A DNA stretch of 64,000 nucleotides. Source: Eledone cirrhosa (Eukaryota). The notes beneath the pieces are model-generated. The model was not told the DNA's origin. It saw nothing but the letters and a program-made list of their open reading frames with translations, and ran no database searches. A program made the translations under genes and the position numbers. Position 1 is the stretch's first letter. Every line of letters starts with the position of its first letter. The stretch lies in contig OZ024742.1 in assembly GCA_964016885.1 (NCBI GenBank), positions 24,614,001 through 24,678,000 on the forward strand. The letters are read 5' to 3'. Of this stretch, positions 29,956-38,801 are shown piece by piece.

Positions 29956-30640
29956 CTTTAATGCGACGAAATGCCTACGACGGTTGGAAGGCCACTGATG
30001 AAGGACAAACTTTTTCATATGTAACCCATTTGCAGCGCCGCAGCTCCATTATTATCATATTTACACATATATTTTTTCCTCCGCTGCCACCAGTCTATTT
30101 CGTTCTTTGTGTCTTTACCCTTTCTAGCAGTCTCTCTCTCTCTGTTAGCCTCTTCCTCACCTTTCACCCACTCACTCTCTGTCACTACCTCTCTTCCTCC
30201 CCTTTCTTCCCGTTTGACCTGTCCGTAATCCTTTTCTCGCGGGCACTTGGCCAAGCCGGTATGAATTTATTTTCTCTCTCTCTCGTCTGCGACTTCACAG
30301 AACTTATGTTTACCGAATTCGCAGACCAGACCCCTTCTTCCTCCCGTTAGACCTGTGCGAAATTCCTTGCTTGCTCACATTTCAACCAGGTTTGATGATC
30401 TTTATTCTCTCGTTCACGATTCCACCGAATTTATATTCATAGAAATCTGGGACTTGTTTCTTTCTTCATCACTTTCTGCTGCTTAAACCATTTTGTTTGT
30501 TTACCCTAGCACTCCCTTTATTTACGTGTCCCAACGACTTTTTTTAGCCGTTGCTCGCACCAACCTGAGGTATATGGCCTTTAATGCGATGAAATGCCTA
30601 CGACGGTTGGAAGGCCACTGATGAGGACAAACTTTTTCAT
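29952..30640 (+). mobile_element. Non-coding terminally redundant element (623-nt unit plus ~67-nt direct repeat), retrozyme-like
   Basis: 29952-30020 is repeated at 30575-30642. Flanked by (TA)n. The repeat contains GAAA and CUGAUGA. Confidence 0.7.
30555..30630 (+). ncRNA. Candidate non-circularly permuted hammerhead ribozyme
   Basis: AGGUAU-A-UGGCCUU...GAA-AUGCCU...AAGGCCA-CUGAUGA. Stems I and III covary with the homolog at 38155-38230. Stem II is not evident. Confidence 0.55.
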
Positions 30641-31488
30641 ATATATATATATATATCTCTCATCATCGTTTTACGTCCGTTCTTCCAATATATATATATA
30701 ATGCGTATATGTACACACACAAACACACACACATATATGTAAATAGATAGATAAATATAGACACACACACTTATCACAATAAAAATGATTATATCTTGTG
30801 GAAAATAAAAAATGAGAACAAAATATTCTTTTCTGTCATATATAAATTATATATTAATAAATATGCAGCAGAATACTTAAAATTGTGTGATAAATACATT
30901 TCTCTGTGTCAGTTAATAATCAACTCTCTTTTTCTATTTTGTTTTTAAAAATATATCTGTCTATCTCAATTATAATTTCATCAACCTTAAATAACAGAGA
31001 ATCTAAGAAAATATATAATGAACAAAACATTTGATTTTGTATGGTGATGATATTAACCTGCCTGCAACCACACCTGGCTTAGATAAAAACCTTTTTTAAT
31101 CTGTAGTTATATAAAATTATGAAGGAATGTTTTAATTTAGATATGAAATTTTAGTTGTCACAACCAGCAGCTAACATTTTGAATTAATTAATGAAGAATT
31201 TGAAGGGATTTGCAAAAATTGTTTCATTATAACATTTGTAAGATAAAAACATATTCTTAGATAAATTATTTTGGGAGGTTTTGATTTAAATAGGTAGTTT
31301 TTGTTTCATAGTGGCAAAGGTAGGTTTGAGCAGGTTTATATGAAAAGGGTTAAGGGACCAATACTTGGGTCCAATTGTATTACATTCAATGGACATGGGG
31401 TAGATTAATGTCCTATTGAGCAGGAAAGGAGTAGGGTGTTGTGTCGGGTGACAGGCTGAAAAAAGTGTATCAATAAAACACCTGTAAC

Positions 31489-31803
31489 CAGGATTGGACC
31501 TTTAGACCTTGGGCAACCTAGGGCAATTCAGATTTTTTGGGGGGGGTTGTTATACACAAAAATAAGAATATACAGCAAACCCCCCAATTTTACATATCAA
31601 AGTTAGCTGGGTACAAGTAATTGGATTTGAAAAGTTATACATGCAGATATTAAATTAAAAAATTCTAACCGTCCTAAAACTAAAAAGCTGAGGGCACAAA
31701 TACATTGCTACGGCCATTGCTGATACCACCACCACTCCCACCACCACCAATGCAGGGGGCCCAGGGAAGTAGCTCCCTTTGGTTCCTATTAAAAGCGACA
31801 CTG
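31489..31803. mobile_element. hAT-type MITE
   Basis: Perfect 8-bp TSD CCTGTAAC (31481-31488, 31804-31811); CAG...CTG ends. Confidence 0.75.
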
Positions 31804-33545
31804 CCTGTAACAGATTTGAAATTGAGGCCTTTGATTCAATAATCCAATATGATTTTGACATTACTTGTGTTGGTGTTGTTGTTCTTCTCTACCCACTTAT
31901 TTCTGAGAAAGATTTGGGGACAGAGACATCACACATGCCTATTGATGTTGTCCAACTTGTTTTTTTAACATTAAAATTCATTTTTTAAACATAGTCCCTG
32001 GAAAGAAACAATGCAATTATAATAGGAACAGTTGAAATTAATGCATGCAAGATTTCACAGCTCTAGCATCACCTCTTTAAATTCAGCACACCCTTGTGGT
32101 GACACCTACATGACTACTTTACAGTGTGGGCTGAATGCTGTTTTATTGTGATACCAACATAACTTTACAGTGTAAGGGTGGTGCACACAGACGTGGGTGG
32201 TTGGGTCATGGCAGATGTATGGAAGGGGGTATAGTGGTTAAGAGGTGCCTACTAGATGTATGTTTGATTCCATGCACATCATCAATAATAATTGATCTCA
32301 TTGATACTCTAAATCTATCATATTTACTGTAAATCAGAGCAACTTCTCATGTAATAAATATATCAGATAAGCATAGTCATTTAGACATATTTATCTTATA
32401 AACTTGCAAAATCTCATATTTCTTATTTAGGTGACATTGGAAATTAAATTCTATTAATGTTGAAAATGTTCTACAACATATTAACCCAATTATCTATTAG
32501 TCTCCCTACTAAATTATTGTGTGTGTAGTATGTTGTGTGTGTCACGTATGTGTGCATGTGTCATATGTGTATGTGTTAATGTATGTATGTTGTGTAATAT
32601 GTGTGTTGTGTGTGTGGGCAGTATATGTATGTGTGTATGTGTTATTATGGACAAATAGTAGCAAACTTAGTTGATATATGTTGCAGAAATTATTTGAGCG
32701 TGTAGTATCATCATCATCATCATCTCCGTTTACCTATGACTCACTTTTCCTCCACTATCCTCTTCTTACTTCCACCTTCTCCATCTCCCTAGTCTTTGTT
32801 TCTCTCTCACCCCAGTACCCTCTCCCTCCTACTCTACCCTCCACCCATGTTTTTTTGCCTCTTCTTTAAACCACCTCATGTCCGTTTCTCAATCGTACCA
32901 CTAGTCTCCCCTGTCATTTCTACACCCTCTCCCCACACTCAGCCCTCCACCATGCCTCAAACATTGAACTAATATATTTTTTTGATGCACTGTGCAATAA
33001 AATGCAATTAAATAAAGATGTCTATACCTTACTAATGTATTGAGTACCTTTCTTAACTGTGGTCACTGCTTGGTATACATTGGGAATCCATCCATAATAT
33101 ATACAAATATAAAATATATATATATATATATGTGTTTGTTTGTGTGTGTATATATAAGTATATATATATATATATTTAATACAATAACAGAGATAGTTTA
33201 AAGCTAAACTCTGACTGGTATCCATCTCACTCAACAAACATTAGGTTATTTTTAAATATAAACCCAATTTAAGTGTTTGGGGTGCTAACAATATGTATAA
33301 TGTGGAAAAACCAGTTGTATTATTTTATGAGATATAATTAAAGTTAAAATACATCTCTCTTTCCAAACAATTGTTTCATTATAAGTTTTCTACAAGTTGG
33401 GAGAATATTTTCAGTTTATGTAGAAGCCTAATATATATTCATATAAGAATATATTTAGGTGGGCGCTTATAAATCATCAGTGGAAGCCCATTAAACTTTG
33501 ATATAAGAAAGACATTCTTACCGCAGTCAAAAATCGTGTTTGTTA

Positions 33546-33646
33546 AGTTGCTCCTTCTCGCATCAAATGACCGCCAAATTTGAAATTCCAGCAGTTCTTG
33601 ACTGAGGAAGTATCATAGCGATACGAAGCGGGAAGGGGAGACAACT
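33546..33646 (+). ncRNA. Candidate type III hammerhead fold with a non-canonical G15.1-C16.1 pair
   Basis: Stem III CUCCUUCUCGC/GCGGGAAGGGG, stem I UCAA/UUGA, CUGAGGA 33602-33608, stem II GUAUC/GAUAC, GAAG 33625-33628. Confidence 0.55.
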
Positions 33647-33973
33647 ACGATCCACGAAAGGAGGAATAAAATAATAATATACACGCGGGTTAATTAGTTT
33701 TTTCGAAAACATTATCAACCCAACGTGTTAAGAACTCAATTGAAAATAAAAAAAATAAATATATGCGTGTATAAATTACACACGCATATAGATATTTTCT
33801 TAGGCTAAAATCAGAAGTTGTACCCGAATAAGAACCGCATCTCATAACCGCAGTAAGTACAGAAAGTCATGCTTTAAAGGGCAAATGGGAATGTAAATCT
33901 CCGGCCGAATTAAGAGTAAAATAGTTATATATATATAAATATATATGATATATATATATATATATATATATAT

Positions 33974-36040
33974 ATGACTTGGTGGTGGAACAATAAGGTA
34001 GATGAAGCAGTCAAGGCCAAGAGACAGGCATGGAAAGAATGGAAGAACGGGGGGAGCAGGGTACATTACATAGAGACCAAGAGGGAAGCTAGGCGACAAG
34101 TATACTTAGCTAGGAGGGAAGCAGAGGATAGAAAATTCAAGCATGTTTTACAACGTGAGGACCAGAAACAGGAGGTATTCAAGGTTGCGAGGCAGTGTGT
34201 CAGAGATAGTTGTGATGTCATTGGAGAGAAGTGTATCCGGAATGATAAAGGTGAGCTTGCCCTCACAAGTGCTGAGAAGAAAGATGCATGGAAGAGTCAT
34301 TATGCATGGAAGAGTCATTATGCATGGGAAGAAGAGACCCTACCCCAGGTAGACCCTATAGAGGGACCAGCAGTACAAGTCAGCGGCAGCGTAGTAAGTA
34401 AGGCAATCAGAGATATGAAGATGGGGAAGGCAACCAGTCCATCGGGTATAGCTGCCGAGATGCTGAAGGCATCTGGGTCTGTAGGTCACACTATAACCAC
34501 ACGTATCGTTAACCAGGTAATACTAGAAGGGGCCATACCAAAAGATTGGTGCAGTAGCATCATTGTCAACTGCTACAAAGGTAAAGGCGATGCACTAGAT
34601 AGAGGAAACTATAGAGGTATAAAGTTGATGGACCAGGTCATGAAAGTAACAGAAAGAGTTATAGCACAGCTGATTAGGGACCGGGTGAATATAGACGAGA
34701 TGCAATTTGGGTTTGTACCAGGGAGAGGCACCACTGATGCCCTCTTCCTTGTGAGGCAATTACAGGAAAAGTACCTAGCTAAAAGTAAGCCACTCTACTT
34801 GGCATTTGTCGACCTTGAGAAAGCCTTTGACAGAGTTCCACGTGCAGTAATCTGGTGGGCTCTTAGAAAACTAGGAGTAGATGAATGGCTTGTGAAAGCG
34901 GTACAAGCCATGTATAGGGGAGCAGTCAGCAAAGTTAGGATTAGCAATGAGTATAGCGAGGAATTTAGCGTACAGGATGGGGTCCACCAGGGCTCTGTTC
35001 TTAGCCCTCTCCTGTTCATCATAGTCCTGCAGGCAATAACGGAGGAGTTTAAGACCGAATGCCCATGGGAACTCCTGTATGCTGATGACCTCGCACTCAT
35101 AGCTGAATCTATGGTAGAACTAGAGAATAAATTCCAAACCTGGAAGCAGGGACTAGAGAGAAAGGGCCTCAAAGTCAACATGACAAAGACTAAGGTCCTT
35201 GTAAGTAGACGAGAAAACAGAACCCAGATCCCCTCAGGGAAATGGCCTTGCTCAGTATGTAGGAAAGGTGTAGGTAGGAACTCCATTCTCTGCCCCAAAT
35301 GCAAACAATGGGTACACAAGAGATGTAGCGGGATCTCAGGAAGCTTAATTAAGAATGTAGGATTCACATGCAGCAGCTGTGCTGAAACAGCAAGCAAACA
35401 GCCACAGGAAACAAGTACCACCAATCTCTGGGAGGGCCCTGTAGAAAGAGTAAACAGCTTCTGCTACCTAGGTGACCGAATTAGCAACGGAGGTGGGTGC
35501 TCAGAAAGTACAATAACTAGGGTAAGAACGGGATGGAAGAAGTTTAGGGAACTACTACCACTGCTAGCTGCAAAAGGCTTCTCCCTCAGAATGAAAGGCA
35601 GACTGTATGATGCGTGTATCCGAACAGCGATGTTGCATGGTAGTGAGACCTGGGCGCTGAAGGTGGAAGACTTACGTAGATTAGAGAGAAACGAAGCCTG
35701 CATGCTCCGATGGATGTGTAACAGTAATATACGTGAACGACAAAGCATAAAGGAATTGAGAGAGAGACTGAGCATAAGAGGAATCAAATGCTGCGTGCAG
35801 GAGAGGCGGTTACGCTGGTATGGACATGTGATGCGTATGAAGGATGACAGCTGCATAAAAAGGTGCAGAGCACTAGAAGTTGATGGAAACCGCGGAGTGG
35901 GGAGACCCAAGATGACTTGGGATGAGGTGATAAAAGCCGACCTTACCCAACTACACCTCTCAAAGACAATGGCACACGACCGTGACTTCTGGCGTCACGC
36001 AGTAATACAGGGTACCCGACCTCCCATGGGTACATGCTGA
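33974..36040 (+). CDS. Truncated RTE reverse transcriptase with PHD-like finger (688 aa open; the ATG is formed at the junction)
   Basis: NYRGIKL, QFGF, FVDLEKAFD, HQGSVLSP, YADD, C4HC3, FCYLG, HGSETW. Confidence 0.85.
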   Translation: MTWWWNNKVDEAVKAKRQAWKEWKNGGSRVHYIETKREARRQVYLARREAEDRKFKHVLQREDQKQEVFKVARQCVRDSCDVIGEKCIRNDKGELALTSAEKKDAWKSHYAWKSHYAWEEETLPQVDPIEGPAVQVSGSVVSKAIRDMKMGKATSPSGIAAEMLKASGSVGHTITTRIVNQVILEGAIPKDWCSSIIVNCYKGKGDALDRGNYRGIKLMDQVMKVTERVIAQLIRDRVNIDEMQFGFVPGRGTTDALFLVRQLQEKYLAKSKPLYLAFVDLEKAFDRVPRAVIWWALRKLGVDEWLVKAVQAMYRGAVSKVRISNEYSEEFSVQDGVHQGSVLSPLLFIIVLQAITEEFKTECPWELLYADDLALIAESMVELENKFQTWKQGLERKGLKVNMTKTKVLVSRRENRTQIPSGKWPCSVCRKGVGRNSILCPKCKQWVHKRCSGISGSLIKNVGFTCSSCAETASKQPQETSTTNLWEGPVERVNSFCYLGDRISNGGGCSESTITRVRTGWKKFRELLPLLAAKGFSLRMKGRLYDACIRTAMLHGSETWALKVEDLRRLERNEACMLRWMCNSNIRERQSIKELRERLSIRGIKCCVQERRLRWYGHVMRMKDDSCIKRCRALEVDGNRGVGRPKMTWDEVIKADLTQLHLSKTMAHDRDFWRHAVIQGTRPPMGTC

Positions 36041-36338
36041 AGCATATAAACAATATGCCCCCACTCCCCCCACCGCAAGGTGGTCGTGGAGGTGCCACGG
36101 CAAAAAAGCACCCAGCCCACACTGTAAAGTGGACGTGTAGGCGCCACGAAAAAGCACCCAGCACTCACTGTAAATGAGGTTGGTGTTAGGAAGGGCATCC
36201 AGCTGTAGAAATCAAGCCAGATCAGTTCCTGTATGAGCAAGGCATGGTCAGCCAACCAGACACTGCCCACAACAGGACAACCCGTCTAACCCATGCTAGC
36301 GTGGAAGAACGGACGTAAAACGGTGATGATGATGATGA

Positions 36339-36342
<4 letters not shown>
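33974..36342 (+). mobile_element. RTE-clade LINE family B, 5'-truncated
   Basis: Starts directly after (TA)n; RT ORF; distinct 3' UTR; (GAT)n tail followed by (TA)n. Confidence 0.95.
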
Positions 36343-36388
<46 letters not shown>

Positions 36389-36390
<2 letters not shown>

Positions 36391-36728
36391 AGGCGTATGG
36401 CTTAGTGGTTAGAGCATTGGCCTTGCAATCGAAAGGTTGTGAGTTCAATTCTCAGACCAGGTGATGTGTTGTTTCCTTGAGCAAGACACTTTATTTCACA
36501 TTGCTCAGGTTTACTCAGCTGTAGAAATGAGATGAGAAGGACTGGGTTCCCTATCATTCCACTGCAAAGTGGACGTGTAGGCGCCACGGCAAAAACGCAC
36601 CCAGCACTCACTGTAAATGAGGTTGGTGTTAGGAAGGGTATCCAGCTGTAGAAATCAACCCAGAATCAATTCCCGTCCCACCCTTGCAAGCAGGGAAAAA
36701 GTGGACGTAAAGTGAAATGCTGAAATGA

Positions 36729-36731
<3 letters not shown>
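36389..36731 (+). mobile_element. CORE-type SINE family 1, full length
   Basis: A box 36398-36408, B box 36441-36451, CORE-like 36475-36491, RTE-derived tail; (TA)n on both sides. Confidence 0.92.
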
Positions 36732-36763
<32 letters not shown>

Positions 36764-36771
36764 AACAAACA

Positions 36772-37206
36772 TTATATTTAAGTAACAGCCGTACTAAGAG
36801 TTTATCGTTTATCGTTTTCGGTACCCCGGCCGATTAACTCACTCGATATGCAAATTGGGCTGCTCAGCCGTTAATATGCATAAGGAAAGTATATACTTTC
36901 AGACATTCAACCATCTGGCAGGAAGGTATACGTTGCTAATAAGCTTGAAACTAGTACAGCGTTCCTTTGTCAGTGTTGAACAAATGGGCAACAATGGTTG
37001 CTAGACACTGTACAGCTTAATTCGGTATGTTTGTTTACAAACACACCGAACATTATAATAAATGTTCGGTGAATCCATACGTACATATAAATGTGTGTGC
37101 ATGTATGTATATATATATATATATATATGCATACTACTGTACGTCTGTATACATATATGTATGTACGTGTACATACTTATATTTAAGTAACAGCCATACT
37201 AAGAGT
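36772..37206 (+). other. Terminally redundant non-coding unit (405 nt plus 30-nt repeat) with a degenerate HHR-like motif
   Basis: TTATATTTAAGTAACAGCC.TACTAAGAGT at 36772 and 37177. ACGUUG-CUAAUAA-GCUU-GAAA-CUAG-UA-CAGCGU at 36930-36962. Confidence 0.45.
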
Positions 37207-37247
37207 GTTTCATTTTTTCCGTTTATATATATATACATATATATACA

Positions 37248-37307
<60 letters not shown>

Positions 37308-37465
37308 ATATAATATATACTTATATATAAGACACTTTATTCCACGTTGCTCCTTCTACCTGGAGTTGCGACTGATAGATAGTACTAGCAATTGGAAAGA
37401 CCAATGGAAACATTGTTTCCTCAGTCCGATTTGACGAAAAGTCGATCGTTCCTTATATATATATA

Positions 37466-37902
37466 TATATTGTTATACTTTGGGAGGGTCATGTTGCCAA
37501 TAAGAAACACACGCACCAGTTGCTTTCACTTCAATTTATTATAATAAATTCATAAATTTAGGAATTTATAAATTTCCGGTTGGTTGGTTGGTTCCACAAC
37601 CAGATGGTTGTTTATATATTGTCAAAGTTCTTTCGTCACACATTCTGTGACCTCTTCAGTGACTGGGATTCTTTTCTTTGTTTTTGTGCCTCTCTTTCTT
37701 TGTTTTTGTGTCACTGAAGAGGTCACAGAATGTGTGACGAAAAAACTTTGACAATATATAAACAACCATCTGGTTGTGGAACCAACCAACCGGAAATTTA
37801 TAAATTCCTAAATTTATAAATTTATTATAATAAATTGAAGTGAAATCAACTGGTGCGTGTGTTTCTTATTGGCAACATGACCCTCCCAAAGTATAACAAT
37901 AT
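37466..37902. repeat. Long fold-back inverted repeat carrying two HHR copies
   Basis: Arms ~37466-37663 and 37710-37902 (~195 bp, few mismatches); 46-bp pyrimidine-rich spacer. Confidence 0.92.
37709..37753 (+). ncRNA. Minimal type I hammerhead (mirror copy on - strand at 37620-37663)
   Basis: UGUCA-CUGAAGA-G-GUCAC(loop)GUGAC-GAAA-[G/A]AAC-UU-UGACA. Confidence 0.75.
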
Positions 37903-37970
37903 CGGTTTCAACACACGTTTTCAGATAAAGAATATTGCTAAACAAATTTAGAAATATATATATATATATA

Positions 37971-38284
37971 ACACCGGATTCACTAGCGAAAGTTTTGTTT
38001 TCTGACTCGCTCATATATTCACACAGCTTATGCTAAAAGAATAACTATGTTGCTTGTGTTTATTTCCATCTTCGGTTAGCTTCCCCCTGTGTTGTTTACT
38101 TGTCTCACTCGCTTTACGCGTTTCTATTGTCCTAATAACTTACTTTAGTTATTATCGCTCCAACGTGAGGTATATGATTTTTAATGCGATGAAATACCCA
38201 TGATCGTTTGGTAAATCACTGATGAGGGACTCATTTTATAACATGTTATCCATGTGCAACCAGCAGTATTCTTCTCACCCATAT

Positions 38285-38290
<6 letters not shown>
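37971..38290 (+). mobile_element. Diverged homolog of the 29952-30640 element with a permuted-HHR candidate (38155-38230)
   Basis: TGAGGTATATG.....TTAATGCGATGAAAT.CC....CACTGATGAGG is shared, and homology extends on both sides. Flanked by (TA)n. Confidence 0.7.
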
Positions 38291-38325
<35 letters not shown>

Positions 38326-38328
<3 letters not shown>

Positions 38329-38550
38329 CTCTCCCTCCACAAATCTTAATTCTAGCGTATTTTCAAAACAATCCATATTTCGTATCAAGTCCAAATAGCC
38401 AATCTATCGCTAAAACAAACTACATTTTCTGTTTCTATTAATTGTTAAATACGAAAGTTTTTGGGCGTATTTAACAGAACAAATTTTGTATTTTTGTTAA
38501 TCGCTTGTTAAATGCAAGGACCCCATTCAATCATTACCTTCTTGCTAGCT
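38326..38550 (+). repeat. ~225-bp direct duplicate of the RTE leader (second copy ~38877-39102)
   Basis: Identical sequence by eye from TTTCTCTCCCTCCACAAATC to CTTCTTGCTAGCTA. Confidence 0.9.
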
Positions 38551-38725
38551 ATTTTCAAACCTTAATTCCTAACGTATTTTCAAACCTCAATCCCTAATTC
38601 TAGCGTATCTTCAAAACAAAAAAAAAACAAAATCCTTTCCTTCTTCCTTCTTCGAAGGCACGGGGCGGTCAAACGCCTAACACACACAGCCATCATGTGG
38701 CCACCCCCCCCCCTCTCTCTCTCTC

Positions 38726-38797
<72 letters not shown>

Positions 38798-38801
<4 letters not shown>

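Noticed and set aside
36389-36460. tRNA gene
   Set aside because: A and B boxes belong to a SINE head that continues into CORE and RTE tail; no complete cloverleaf is evident.
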